Positions 12,405-26,230 of a stretch of 64,000 bases of DNA are shown here, piece after piece (within the stretch, counting starts at the first letter, position 1; the number at the start of each line of letters is the position of its first letter). The position numbers and the translations under genes were made by a program. This DNA comes from Eledone cirrhosa (taxonomy: Eukaryota). The stretch spans positions 267,716,001-267,780,000 of the forward strand of contig OZ024742.1 in NCBI GenBank assembly GCA_964016885.1, given 5' to 3'. The notes under the pieces are model-generated. The model saw nothing but the letters and a program-made list of their open reading frames with translations. It did not search any database and was not told where the DNA came from.

Positions 12405-15400
12405 TGAGGGGCGTCCTACGCGAACTAGGATGCGGGAAATCCGAATCAGCTTACGCCGACGACGTCACCGTGGTGGTGTCGAGCACCAGACACGCCCAGA
12501 TGCTCGGCACCGCTCTCACCACAAAGTGGTGAGAGGAGCAAAGATAAACTAGGAAAAGTCGATGGGCTTTTCTTATATAAATAATAACAACCTTTACACG
12601 AACAAAACCCACACCGTACCGTCCTTACCGTCTGTAATGCGGGTCGTACTTCACTATGGGCTCGATCGATAGCCGGATCCATTCTACACGGGACAACATT
12701 TGTTCGACATATCTCCACAAGTCAGTAAAGCATGGCCACTTGACTAGACCATGCAGAACGGTTTCGTCACTCTGCGTGCATCTCGAGCAGGTCCATCTGA
12801 CAATACATCCGTACCTGTAGTAATTATCTCACACCGGTAGTTGTGAGGTAATTACTACAGGGGTGGAGTTTAAATAATTTCGATAGGGTTTAATAAAGAA
12901 GTAGCGTTACTGTAAAATAGAAAGCTACTTCTTTACTAAACCCTATCGAAATTACTCTAATCTCACTTTTGTGAGCTACCCACCACCTTTTATTAACGAC
13001 CCCTCCTCGTCAACTTTGTTTAACTAAATTGTTGACCCTGTCCCTGTAAGACTTTCGTGCCGGGAACCACATGTTCAGCTTCTAGTAACTAGTTCCTAAC
13101 CATACAGATCATAAACTTGTGATGTGTATAGGCAACCGTTTTAAATGGTGGACAGCCCACCCCATTCCTATCTATTTTCCTATTTAGAATCCTGTGTATA
13201 CATGATCTAGAGTACACTATGCAGTCGGTCCAGGTCCAAACTGGCGCATTAGGGAAATCTAGTCGGTAACTGTCAGGCACTTGAACTGGCTGACCAGGCT
13301 TTTGAATCCCGCGCTCCTATTAGCTACTCCAACACAACCCAAGCGTGCGTCTAAGATGCCGTTCCTATCCCCCGCTAACAGTAAAGTCTGAATCATACCT
13401 AAAAAGGCATCCAGCGGCCTAAAGAGATCTGGCCGTCTGATCCTGGTAGGAGCGTAGACAGCCTCATGTCTAAAACCACTACCTTTGCTATTGTTCAGGT
13501 CCAGGACCAGCAACTTACCGTCCGGCCCCCGAAAGATTAACCTTACCTTGAGAACCAGACCTTCCCAAACAGCACTGCCATCACACGTCCCATTCATGGC
13601 CGACGAACAGATGCGAAGATCTTATAATCGTCGAAAATGGGCGTGTCGGAAATCCTGGTCTCGCAGATGGCAATTACATCAATATCTAGACATCTGAGTT
13701 CGTTGAGCAGGTGACTCTGCATCCAGGGTGACCCCAGGCCACGAACATTTAAACACTACTCTTAATATAGTCATGTTGTGGAAGTCGGGTGGTTCGACCT
13801 CCATAGTTTCTTTTGGGAACCTCTATGAAAGTCTCGATGTAGGTTTCATTTTCCTGGTTCACACGTCTCGAGGAAAGCTCTCTCGAATTCCTTTGTAGGA
13901 ATCGAGCAACATTATTACCAGAATCAAATCTTCTGGTACGTGAAATGTGCTCGATTCAAAAATCTCCCCCTCTGTTGGATTTCTTCATTTCGTGCCACAG
14001 GAGCCATCAATTTCTCATTGGTGACTATGGTGCTAATGGCTTTCTTGGTGCTTTTCGGGTGTGTCTGTGTATGTTGTAGCTGTGGTCTCTGTAATTTCAG
14101 ATGTCTGTGTGTTTATTTGTTCTCTGTGTCTGTTTAAATTGTTTGCGTTTGGGAGGTTTTGGTGATGGTGCTTGTGGTGGTGAGAGTATTCCTGTTGTTG
14201 GGGAAGTGTTTGTGTGGGTGGTATCTGCATTTTTTGTAGTGTGTTTTTGTGCTATGTGGGGGCTTTTTCTTTGTGAAATTTGTTATTTTTTGTTTTTTGG
14301 AGGGATTTGTGTTTTCCTCTTCTTCATTACTGAAAGATGAGGGGTCTGTGGCTGTAAGTGTGTCTGTCTGTGTGTGTGTTTTTGTTTTTTTCCATGTATG
14401 TATTTTTGGGGGGTGGGGGGATGTGAGAGCTTTCCTCGTTTTCCCACTGATTGGCCAATGGTGGTGGTGGCGTTTACGTTGGTGTTGTTGCTGGTGGTTT
14501 TGCCAGTGCTGGTGTTGTTGGCGGTCCTCGACCCGGCGTTGGGAGTAGTGGAGATAATCGACTGCTTGTACCTTTCAGCAGCTGAGGGCAGAAGGCTCGA
14601 AAATTGGTTGTTTCCCCGCAAACGAAACAATATTGCATTTTGCCCTCGGTCATTATTTGTAACACCGTCCCGTTCTGGGGGCGTATGTGGTCCGTAATTC
14701 TTCTTACATCCTAGGCTCTGATCTGGAGAAGTATCTCAGTGTCAACTACGGACCAGTCCACCCTAGCAGTCCTTGTAACCTCTATCGGGACTACAATACG
14801 TCCCCTCCACTATTACGCATTCCAGGAGCCACCACACGTCAAGTCCTGGGGTAATCCCTGGAATGCGGAGACGAACTATTCTTTTTCCCATGTAGCAGGG
14901 GTACATAATGACCTCGCTGGTTTTACAAGTGTCATTGCACCGAAACTATGCAGTATTGTCTGCCCCTTACTCTGTACTCTGTGTCGTCCGTGATGCGCAG
15001 CTTCAATATCGGTAATTAAAGCCGCCCTCTTTGTCTGTGCTGAAATGCATCTGAAATGCACTGTTGTACGCTCCATCGCTTTAATGGCTTCTGCCTGGCC
15101 TAGGTTTGCTCTTGTCTGATGAGCTTCCAGGCCAGGGCTACGTTTTTATCTATATTTGTGCGGACCTTGCTGAACCATGGCCTCGTTTTGGCTAATGCGG
15201 CATCGAAAGTATTCTTGTAGGTAATGTTCTTGTTGATGTTGGTGTTGTTATTGTTGCTGTTGTGGTTGTTGGTGTTGCTGTTGTCGCTGTTGCAGTTGGT
15301 TATATCTTTGGTGCCACTGTTGTTGTTCTCGGCGCAGTGGTGTTGTTGCTGTTGTTGCTATCGCTGTTACGGCAGTGGTTGATGTCGCTATTTCTTTTTA

Positions 15401-15690
15401 GATTAGTGTCCTCACTGTAATTGTTGTTGCTGTCGTTGTTACTGTTGTTTGTGGTGATGTTGCTAAATGTGTTGTTGTATATATTTTTGCTGTATCTCTC
15501 CCCTCAACGTTTAAGCCGTTTTCACACGAAAGCAGACTTACAGTTGGGGGGCGTGGCTCAGCCATGTATTTTTTTTCGATAAAAAATTTGAATAATACAA
15601 AGTTCGAATATTTGAGCCATAAGGCCCAACTATAATAGCGTCACCCCTTTACAGGACAAAGACGGAAGTTTTCCGACCTTTTTAATAAAA
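12405..15690 (-). mobile_element. Older Tx1 copy (5' UTR, ORF1, APE) ending in a scrambled mosaic of + and - fragments
   Basis: Minus ORFs 13259..13597 (GKLLVLD, AVYAPT) and 14474..14665 (CFVCGETTNFRAFCPQ); + strand RT fragment 12405-12570; + strand 3' UTR fragment 12571-12639. Confidence 0.8.
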
Positions 15691-15708
15691 TGCAACAAAT
15701 ATTACAAG

Positions 15709-15900
15709 TAATTGTTTCTACTTGTGGCACAAGGTCAGAAATTATCACAGTGCATTACAGCTGCATTATTTTATCCACCCCGTAAGGATGAAAGGCAAAA
15801 TTAATCTCGACATGATTTGAACTCAGACTGTAAAGGTCCATAACTCTATGCAGCAGAGCTTGGTGTCCGACCCTCTACCGATACTGTCAATCCACCGCCC
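15709..15900 (-). mobile_element. tRNA-derived SINE
   Basis: Same family as 30237-30424; head abuts (AAT)n. Confidence 0.85.
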
Positions 15901-15933
<33 letters not shown>

Positions 15934-15946
15934 TTAATAATAATGA

Positions 15947-16794
15947 TTTCTTTATTAACCACAAGGGTTTACATAAAGTAGACATTAAGGACAGTGCAGG
16001 ACAATACAGGACGGTACAAATGGGCATTTCTGAGTGTAAAAAACAAAAACAGAGGATGTAACAAAAAAAAATAACAATGAAAAATTCCCCAATAGGGGGG
16101 AGACTTCGGAGGGATATTTGTGGAGAAAGCCCAGTAAAAGGCCACAGTGACCCTGACCACCAAGGCAAGTGCCCTCTCCCAGTTTTCCACCTTTAATTTA
16201 CAGATACGTACTCAGAGTAGGCCCATTCACTCGGGCCATTCTTGCTTCTCTCACCCATCTTTCAACAAAATGCTGGGAAGAGAGCACTTCCCTCTCTACT
16301 CTGATTTTCCTGTTCAAATGAAATTTGAAAAAGTCAGTCAGGGCATCACCGAAGAGGTAAGTGCTCGTCTTCAGCCCTTTCAAACGTGTCCACCATACTA
16401 TCTCTTTCGCCATGGCCACCAGACAGATAAAAACTGCCTGCCCTTCCCTGCTAAAGGAAGAGGGCGGGGCAATCCTTACGATGGACTCAGATGATAGCCG
16501 GATCCGTCCTACACGCGACAGCAGGTGTTCAACATAAACCCACAAGTCAGCAATTTTCGGACACTGGACGAGTGCGTGCAGGACGGTTTTGTCGCCCTGC
16601 GCGCATCTCAGACATACCTGGGTGACAGCACCTCCATGCCTGTAGAGTTATCCCCAACTGGCAAGGCTCCTCGGTAGCACTGCCAGGCCAGAGATTTTTG
16701 GAAGTTGTCCATAGGTCCCGGCCCGAAAGTTCTTCCGAAGAGATTGGCTAGTAGATTTTCGTCGACGCCTAGAGTTTCCCCAAGTACGTCGTCG
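15947..16794 (-). mobile_element. 5'-truncated Tx1 copy flanked by (AAT)n on both sides
   Basis: Closely matches 8570-9415; (AAT)n at 15901-15945 and 16795-16812. Confidence 0.9.
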
Positions 16795-16812
16795 TAATAA
16801 TAATAATAATAA

Positions 16813-19800
16813 CAAGAAAGGATCGAAAAAGTGGAGGGAGTGCATGCTCAAGATGAAACTCAAAATGAAAACAACGAGATCGTAAATGATAAAGAAATGA
16901 ATGAGAATGAACTTGCCAACTTGAAGGATGAGATTATGATCGAATGGATGAAAATGAAAGAATCTGACATGGGGGAAAGAGACACGCTCGCTAACATCCA
17001 GAAGTCCAAACAGAACCAAAAGATAATACACAAGACTAACATAATTCTCAAAAAACATTATCATCACAAACAAACTAAACATTACTGATCTAAATCATCT
17101 CTATTATGCATCGGCTAAAGTCACCACTCACTTATGTGGAGCGAACATGAAAAAACAAAGGAATTCCGACAAGAAACCTATTTCGCAAGAGGACATCAAT
17201 CGCCAGATAAACCTTTTCCGATCTGACAGAAATTTTAACAAACTACAAAGTAGGTGAACATGTTAAACAAACTAAACTTAGAAAATTGAAAAGAAAATAC
17301 AGTATAAAATCAACAAGTGACATAGAAATGCTGATAGAAATGATCAAGCAAAATGTGTCGGCCAAAGCTGCTCGTATGAGACGCTTTGAAAAACGATCTA
17401 TATTTTATAAGGACAATAATATGTTAAAAAAACAACCAAAGAAACTTCTACAGAGAAATTTGCAAGTCAACAATAACTGCTAAATCAATACCAACCAAGG
17501 AGGAAGTGCAAGAATTCTGGGAAAAGATCTGGGCCGAAGGGAAAGTTGATAACATACATGCCCCATGGATAGACAGACACATAAATGATACACCTCACCT
17601 TGAGGAACAAACATGGGAAAATATAACAGTTGAACAGTTGCGTTTGGCTCTTAGAAAAACCAGCAAATGGAAATCCCAGGAAAAGTCAAAATACCAAATT
17701 TTTGGATAAATACCTTCACAGATTCTCATGATCTGTCAACTTTACTATGAAATAGTTAAGGAGCCATAAAGATACCAGCATGGCTAGTTAACGACATTAC
17801 ATTCCTACTTTCGAAGAATGATGAGACAAACAATCCCAACAATTACAGACCGATAACTTGCTTGACCACAATGTATAAAATTTTAACATCAGTCCTAACT
17901 GAATATATATATGATCACCTGATAACAAATGATCTATTTCCCAATGAGCAGAAAGGATGTAAACGAGTCTTATATGGCTGTGAAGATCAGCTTTTGGTTA
18001 ACAAAATGATACTGGAAGATTGTCATAATAGACAAATAAATCTATCAATTTCTTGGATAGCTTACAAAAAAGCATTCGATAGTTTGCCACACAGTTGGAT
18101 TGAAAAAAGTTTAGAGATTTTCAAAATATCTCCCCTTGTCAGGAGGTTCCTGTCATTCAGTATGAAGACATGGAAAATGACACTCATTTAGAATAGTGAA
18201 AAAAATCACTGGAAGCTGGAGAAGTTAATATTAATTGTGGAATGTTTCAGGGTGACTCTTTATCACCGCTTTTATTCTGCATCGCACTTACACCATTAAG
18301 TAAAATGCCCAATGAAACAAAACATGAATATAAAGTCTATTACAAAACCATTAATCCCTTGTTCTACATGGATGACCTGAAACTGTTTGAAAAAAATGAT
18401 GAATAATTGCAAGGGCTATTATCCACTGTGGAGCAGTTCAGTGATGACATTAAAATGGGTATGGACTAGATAAATGCTCCAAAGCAACGTTCACGAGAGG
18501 AGAGCTGCTGAAAAGTTCCGACATTAATCTTGATCGGGGGAATGTGATAAGAGAACTTGATCCATAGGAATCTTACAAATATCTAGGTGTTTGTGAAGGA
18601 GACGGAATAAAGCATTCGACAATGAGGGAAAGGATAAGGAAGGAATGTTACCGCAGAGTAAGAGCAATCTTAAGAACGGAATTGAATGCAAGGAATAGGA
18701 TCGATGCCATAAATACGCTTGCCATACCAGTAGTAACCTACAGTTACAATGTCATCAACTGGTCAAGCACAGATAATCGTAGGCTCGATACAAAAATCCG
18801 AAAATTCTTAACCATGCACAGAATACATCACCCTAAGGCAGATACAGATAGAATATATCTCCCTAGGAAAGAAGGAGGACGTGGGTTAATCTAGTTAGAC
18901 ATTGCGTTGAAAACTGCAACAATTGGATTATCTACATATCTAAGGGAATCACATGATTGGATGATCAAACTCGTTTTGAAACACGAAAGCATCAAAAGAT
19001 CATACTCCGTTACAAAAGATGCACAAAGATACAGTATGCACTACAAATTTCAGAAGTTCCATTTACTGCTGCAATGAAAAACACAGAGAAAGCAAGGCAG
19101 GTAAAAGTAACTGCAAAGAAAGAACAGCTACAGAAACTGGCTAAGAAATTGCAAGAAATGCCTCTGTATGGAAAATACCCAGAAAGAGCTAACACTCCTG
19201 GACTGAAATCGGAGACTGAAGGACTAATTATATAAGCACAAGATCAGTGTATGCCAATAAAAAATTACCAAGCCAACATAATAAAAAATTGATGAAACCC
19301 ATTATGCCGTGTATGTAAAAGGCAACCAGAGACCATTGATCAATGAATTTCAATGTGCAGTCCTATAGCTCCAACCGAATACCTAAACAGGCACGACAGA
19401 GCCGCACAAGACTTACATTGGATAATGTGTAAGCATTTTGACCTGCCCCATCAAAAGAATTGGTGGGAACATCAACCACCTCCCGTACTTGAAAAGGATC
19501 ACATCTCAATCTTGTGGAACTTTCGCATCCAAACAGACCGAAAAATAGATGCAAATAGACCTAATATAATACTGAAGGACTTTAAAAAGAGGGTATGCCT
19601 GTTAACTGATATGTCCGTTCCAATAGACTAGAATGTATCGATAAAAACATTTGAAAAATTGAGCAAGTATAAGGACCTGGAGATAGAAATTGGAAAAATG
19701 TGGAAATTGAGAACTAAAACAAAACCAGTGGTTGTAGGCGCTCTAGGAATGGTACCTAGGGGGGCTAATGATTACTTGTCGCAAATCTCAGGAAAAAAAA

Positions 19801-20022
19801 TACAAAAGATAGTACTAATGGAACTGCCCAAATACTAAGGAAGATTCTGTCTATATAAATACATCACAAGTCTAAATACCTAAATATGCATGTGTGTGTA
19901 TGTATGTTCTTTCTTGAACATGGCGGACCTTGTTGCCTCTTGAGGTCACTTTTTGTCTCTTGAGGTCACTTGTTGTGACCTGGTGATAACTCGTATGAAC
20001 ATAAAGCAAGATAAATGCAACT
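16813..20022 (+). mobile_element. R4/Dong-clade non-LTR retrotransposon (RT, CCHC, restriction-like endonuclease), degenerate
   Basis: NYRPITCLTTMYK, EQKGC, YKKAFDSLPHSW, FQGDSLSPLLF, YMDDLKL, CRVC, YLNRHD and RP(N)IIL..TDMSVP; (TAA)n on both flanks, the known Dong target. Confidence 0.88.
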
Positions 20023-20035
20023 GTAATAATAATAA

Positions 20036-20203
20036 TAATTGTTTCTACTTTTGGCACCAGGCCAGCAATTACCCAGTGCATTACTGGTACTTTATTTTAT
20101 TGACCTCCTAAGAATGAAAGACAAAGATTTGAAGTCAGACCGTAAATGGAGGTAACAATGCTGGAAAGCATGGCGTTCAACCTTCTACCGATACTGCCAA
20201 TTC

Positions 20204-20204
<1 letters not shown>
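20036..20204 (-). mobile_element. tRNA-derived SINE
   Basis: Same family as 30237-30424; sits between (AAT)n tracts. Confidence 0.85.
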
Positions 20205-20239
<35 letters not shown>

Positions 20240-20243
<4 letters not shown>

Positions 20244-21830
20244 CAGTCTAGTTTCAGAGGCTTTTGCATATAAGTTATCATACATCCCTAGTTTGAGGCG
20301 TTAAATAATTATATTAATTATAATAAATAAAATAAAAAAATAGCAAAAATAAATATAATATATAAAAAGAGGTAGGAAGAAAAGAAAAAGTAAATGGAAA
20401 AGTGAAAGTGAAGGAAACAGGTCTACAATAGAAGTTTCGTTAGAGTTATGGTTTTTCTATTATCTTGAGACGTGTGTGTGTGGTTGGGGTGGGGGTGCGT
20501 GTGTGTATATATGTATGTGTGTGTGTTGTGTGTGTGCGCGTGCTTGCTTGGTTGCATGTGTTTGCGTACAAGTATGTGTAGATTAGTTATTCCCATCCAT
20601 AGATAACTTGTTATTGTCTAATGAGAAACAATTACATATTTGATTGTGGTTTATATTTGTTAATGAATTGTTTTTTTATTATATTCATTCTCTGTTGTTG
20701 AGTGAAAGAGTCTGAGCATTATTAGAATCGGAAAATTTCGATATTGGGTATTTTCTAATCATCATGTTTCGATGCGGGTGTTTAAGGGGATTTGTCTCGT
20801 GTTTTCATCGCAGATTTCTTGGCGATGTATAATCATTCTTTTGTGCAATAAAAATTCCTGCCTGCCCTGTATAATTTTGCAGAGATACACAGCATATTAT
20901 CACGTAGATTAGGGTTTACGAGAAGCAAGTGAAATTTCTTTTAATGTGAAGGTTTTTCCATCCTTGTCTTCAATTAGGTATAAGCAGTTACCACAATTTG
21001 TTCTGCCACATATTGTATCAGTGGCATACGAGATTAGTTTGTGGAGAATTTGCCTTTTTAGGATATGTTTTATTGTTTGGGACTATTGTTTGACTTGATT
21101 TTGTGTGTTTCTGGAATTTTTTTCATTTTTTCATTTTCATATAAAATAAGAAGGGGTTTGTGAAGGTAGTCAAACATTTCAATATTTTGTGTTTGAATGC
21201 TGAGATATATGATTTCGAATTTTGTTGTTCTTAGCTCTCTTATATCTATATGTTTAGCTCTTATTATTCCGTTGGTGATTTCTCTCAGTGAGAATAGTCA
21301 TCGAGTGTGTATATTTTTTAGTTCATCCAATCTTTGTTCACGTTTGATAGGGTCCGATAATATTGTATGTATCCTTTTCGCTAGGTTAAAAGGAATGTTC
21401 AATTTTGTGTGTTTCGGGTGACTTCATGTAAACAGAAATCACTGTTTGGAGTGCATGGGTTTACAGTAAAACATGTCTGTTTCTGTTCTTCCCTCTGTTT
21501 TTAAAGTTTCGATATGTAAAAAGGATAGTTCCATGGTATTAAACTCCCTGTTGCTCTTACGGTTATTAATCATATTTTTGAATTCTGTGAGTGTTTCAAT
21601 GATTTCGCGCCAAAAGATAAAACAGTCATCTAGTCACCCTTGCCAGAGGTTTGCTTTTAAGATGTGTGTGAAATGTGTCTTTAAATAGCGCAAAACCCAT
21701 GACTAAATTTGTGTGTGTAGAGGATCCTTTTGTGTCCATTGCGGTTTGTGATATTTGTCGGTACGACATCGAACAAAAATTAATAATGTAGTATGGATCT
21801 GAGTCAATCAAGAATGATGTTGTTTAATGG
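20240..21830 (-). mobile_element. Penelope-like element remnant (RT C-half, linker, GIY-YIG), heavily decayed
   Basis: Minus-strand YRQISQTAMDTK..THTNLVMGF, LDDCFIFW, HPKHTKLNIPFNLAKRI and CGRTNCGNC. Confidence 0.75.
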
Positions 21831-22514
21831 GTTTTAGTAATTGGTCTAGCCAATATTTGATTGTAGTCATTCCATACGTATTTATAGGGAAAACATGAAT
21901 ATATGAATAAGATTGGCTGCTTGTCTCTCAGTATCCATGTATGTAGGTAGATATGTGTGTATGCATTTTCCGTAAACATACGTCTGCACTCTTCTTTTAA
22001 TTTCAAATAACAGTTTAATGTCATGCTGCTCTTGTATCCGTTACAAATATAAGTGTAGTCTGAGAAAATATATTTTTAACGTCACAATATAAAGCAATTA
22101 TTCCTAGCAAAGAAGATACGGTTCGTGGCGATGAATGAGAATTTTTCTTGCTGATATTTCAAAGTCATGACATCAAGCGAAACTTCTCGCTGTTTTCAAA
22201 AAACATAAGGATACAAAAGAAAACCGTGATTCAAAGAAATCTTGAAACAGATAAAGTGATTATACATAAATGTCTTTCAACTAAAATAACTATTAGTCAC
22301 GTATAATAATTTTCGTCAACCACTGATCATGAATTTTGCTCGGTTTCATAGATGGAAACTATTAGGCAATATAACATAAAGAATATAAAAAACATTAATT
22401 CGGAAAAAATGCAACATGAAGTATTACGTGAAATATTTATTGAGATATATAACAGTTGAGAAATTATTGATAACCAAGGTCCAGTTGCAACTTTCCGGTC
22501 ATAATTATATAAGC

Positions 22515-22609
<95 letters not shown>

Positions 22610-22652
22610 GACACACATACACACACACATACCCGCACACACACATACACTC

Positions 22653-22706
<54 letters not shown>

Positions 22707-22840
22707 ACACAGCGTCAGAAAGGTATATATATGTATATATATATATATATGTTTATTCCAGGTTCATCGGGGATAACCACAGTAAGAGTATAAATAACAG
22801 AGTATAAATATTTAATATAGAAATGGCTTCTACAGGATTA

Positions 22841-22878
22841 GAACTGTTTCATTCGGAGGTAATCATCAGGAAAACTGA
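22841..22878 (-). ncRNA. Degenerate minimal hammerhead ribozyme core in a PLE 3' terminal fragment next to (TA)n
   Basis: Minus strand reads CTGATGA-ttacctccgaat-GAAA-cagt-TC; stems weak. Confidence 0.45.
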
Positions 22879-23056
22879 TTGCCAATGTTATATTGTCGAA
22901 TTTATACATTTTCTGGTGGTAGGGGAAGGTGGAGATTGGGTTGGGTGGAATTCATTGGCTCATGGATTTAAAGAATCGGGATTTTAAAAAAAAATCTATA
23001 TTTAGAGAAAATACATAGTAAGGCAAAAGGTAGTTTACGCTCATTATCTATAGACC

Positions 23057-23454
23057 AACACTTGTACATTAACAGGCACTCCTAATTTTCAAGGTTCATT
23101 TATTCCAAGCAAACAAAGAATTTTCATTGAGTGGTAATATTAACATGTTCTGCTAAAGCAAGGTGAGGTCTGCAAAAATGGTCAGGTGTCTACAATCACA
23201 CACACATACACATACATATATATATTTTTTTCGACGTTCAATTATGCTAAGCAGACAAAAGGAATTTATTTAAGTGGCTGTCATAACATGGTGTGTTAAA
23301 GTCTACGAAATTTTCAGGTCTTTACAATCACACAGACACACATTTACACACACACCCAAACACCTACATGTGTACATAAACATACATATGCGTGTGTATA
23401 TACATAGACATATAAATATTTTTTATATATACTCATACACATATACACACACGC

Positions 23455-23460
<6 letters not shown>
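23057..23460 (+). repeat. Left arm X of an old long inverted repeat (partner 29080-29640)
   Basis: cctaattttcaaggttcatttat...gttcaattatgctaagcagacaaaagga...caggtctttacaatcacac is the reverse complement of 29245-29630. Confidence 0.85.
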
Positions 23461-23513
<53 letters not shown>

Positions 23514-23520
<7 letters not shown>

Positions 23521-23866
23521 AAAGAGGATGAAATCGAAAATGCAGCTGGAGTCTTTTTTTTATAAAAATATATATTTATTTGGTTCCTTTACCGGTTTCG
23601 CAGTTCTTCTGGCTTTCAAAAATAGAATTGAGATGGAGGGTTTGTTGTTTTTCTCACATCTGAGAAAAACGACAAACCCTCCATCTCAATACTACTTTTG
23701 AAAAGCAGAAGAACTGCGAAACCGGTAAAGGAACCAAATAAATATATATTTTTATAAAAAAAAGACTCCAACTGCATTTTCGATTTCATCTTTTTTCCTT
23801 ATACTTTTACTCGTGTAGGACACTTCGGTTTTTTTTATTTTGTAAAAAAACCTCACTTTCTAGTTA
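23514..23866. mobile_element. Fold-back element in (TA)n: ~143-bp arms, 4-nt loop, ~63-nt one-sided tail, degenerate HHR in each arm
   Basis: 23514-23656 is the reverse complement of 23661-23803; ctt-TTGAAAA-gcag-aagaa-ctgc-GAAA-ccgg-TA-aag at 23695-23730. Confidence 0.85.
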
Positions 23867-24044
23867 ATATATATATATATACACATATATACATATATAC
23901 ACACACACATATATATATATATACACATATATATACATATACATATACACACTTATACACATATATGCATATATATATGCATATATATGTATATATATGT
24001 ATATATGTATATATGTATATATATGTATATATGTAGATATATGT

Positions 24045-24100
<56 letters not shown>

Positions 24101-24103
<3 letters not shown>

Positions 24104-24420
24104 CAGGAAGTGTAACTTGGAGTTACTGCAGGTTCACCCGGGAGAGCACTCGATGTTTAGGTTCACTTCTGTGGTGAGGTGTAGAACTATATAGAGTGTA
24201 ATATATTGAAAGGATAACAAGGACGATTGATTACTCCTTCATTGCATTTATTGGTAGGTGACGCACGCTTCGCCACTGATCAGCTCAAGGTTCGATCTGT
24301 ATCGATCCTACCCGACTTAATAATCGGCGGCTCGACGGACCCTTTAAAATGCTATAAGTAAATTTACTTATAGAATTTTAAAGAGTCCGTCGAGCCGCCC
24401 TGTTATCCTTTCAATATATA
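24101..24420. mobile_element. Fold-back element in (TA)n with zero-loop centre; right arm lacks ~106 nt
   Basis: 24201-24219 pairs with 24401-24419; 24326-24399 is a palindrome centred on gtaaa|tttac. Confidence 0.8.
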
Positions 24421-24623
24421 TATATATATATATATACAAATGAATATATGAGAGGGATGATCACTGATACAAGTATACATGTGTCATTTGCAATTCGAAC
24501 ACATGTATACTTGTATCAGTGTTCATCCCTCTCATATATCATTTGTATTACACGGCTCGGAAATATTCCCTTCTTTGAGCTATTTAATTGTAAAAGACGA
24601 TTTCGAGTTTATAACTCAATATA

Positions 24624-24677
<54 letters not shown>

Positions 24678-24679
24678 AT

Positions 24680-26090
24680 AGGATATGTGTTCCTACACGC
24701 ACAAGGTGCTAAGGGACACATGTATTGTCCAACCATATGCCAATGTGGTTCAATGGCAGGTTAATAAATTAACGAGTCAGAACATATATAATCAAGGTTT
24801 AGCAAATAATGAAAAAGTTTCAAAATAAATTTAAAAAAATTAACTTTACTTACTATAGTTACCTTTACCGAATCGGTTTCGAATCTCAAAAATAAACGGA
24901 GATCATACGGCCTTCGTTGCAAATAAAGATTCTCGTCAGAAGGTTCTTTTCATTCGAAGAATATAAAATTCTTGAATTTAAATTACGAACTAGCGCTATC
25001 CAAAACTGTTCCCGAGATGAGAGTAAATGAAGTGGAATCAATTTTTTCAAGGGCCGAAAGTAAAGATAGAGGCAGAGGGAGGTCTTTCTTTGCAACGAAG
25101 GCCGTATTCTTAGTGTAGTGCCTATGTTCTGTGGGGAAGTGTATGTTCAGAAGAGTACTAGCTATAGGTGATAAAACCTCTCTATTGAAAGGGGGGTTGT
25201 ACCAACTAATCTGCCTATGCCTATTTCTCCTAGGTAGTCTTGGGGTGGTATCTAGATAAGTAATCTTTTCTTTAAAGCCGCTGTGGGCGAGGGCGTCATT
25301 GTAGTAAGGGCCAGAGGCGCTAAAGATATATTCATTGGCCGAGAGACCGGAAATTCTGAGTGAAACGCTTTTAACTAAGTTATCTCTGATGATTTTGGCG
25401 TGGTTCGCATTCACATTTATATATCTGAGGGACTCGTTAGGTTTGTGTTACCGGTTAATAAAGGAAATTGTCTCAGTCGAGAGTGACATCTAAAAGTTGG
25501 CCCTACACATATTTGATGCTATGGTTATTCAAAATCCTAGATTACGAAAGAACGAACTTAAGTTTCTCCGAAACCCATCTGTGGTTCTGGGGTTTACTTT
25601 GTGCAAGGCGGAAAGGCCATCATCTCGGTATAATCCTCCGGTTAGGCCCGTGAAGAGGTTCTTCTGGTGGTATAAGATGTATAGGCCCACGAGGTCGCTA
25701 ACTCCAGCCGAGTCACTTGCCCCCATGCTGACGTCAAAAGGCGTCTCAGACTTCTTGTTAATCCAGTAAGAGCCATCGTGGTGTAGAGAGGTCTTACGGT
25801 GGTAAAATTCCTGGCATGAGTAAGTGCATCCTTCAGTAGAGGCTCTGAGATAGAAGCGTAGTAGTCTTCTATGTCGAGTTGCAGAAAGCCAGTGTAGCGT
25901 TTAAATGGCAATTCTTGGAACCAAGAGATTGCCTTGGATGTTATGCTTCAGAGTGGGATATGTGAGGCCGCACGCAACATTGGTAGTACTCCATCAAGGA
26001 AATTTTTGCTGATAGAACCCATTTCCGAACGTGTGGAGTTGATAAGTCTGACTGATGGTTTGTTGATAAAGTTTCCCTTGTGGTCCTAGA
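24680..26090 (-). mobile_element. Penelope-like element fragment (RT), internally deleted, between (TA)n tracts
   Basis: LQLDIEDYYASI, MGASDSAGVSDLVGLYIL, GGLYRDDGL and ISWYNPPF; homologous to 58310-59995. Confidence 0.85.
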
Positions 26091-26119
26091 TAAATAGGTA
26101 GATAGATAGATATACTTAC

Positions 26120-26199
<80 letters not shown>

Positions 26200-26230
26200 A
26201 GATCAAAAGATGGTTAAAGGAGTTCCATGT

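Noticed and set aside
24870-24915. HHR-like motif on the minus strand (ccgtatga...GAAAccgatt), with similar weak motifs near 20250 and 38662
   Set aside because: Core too degenerate to call
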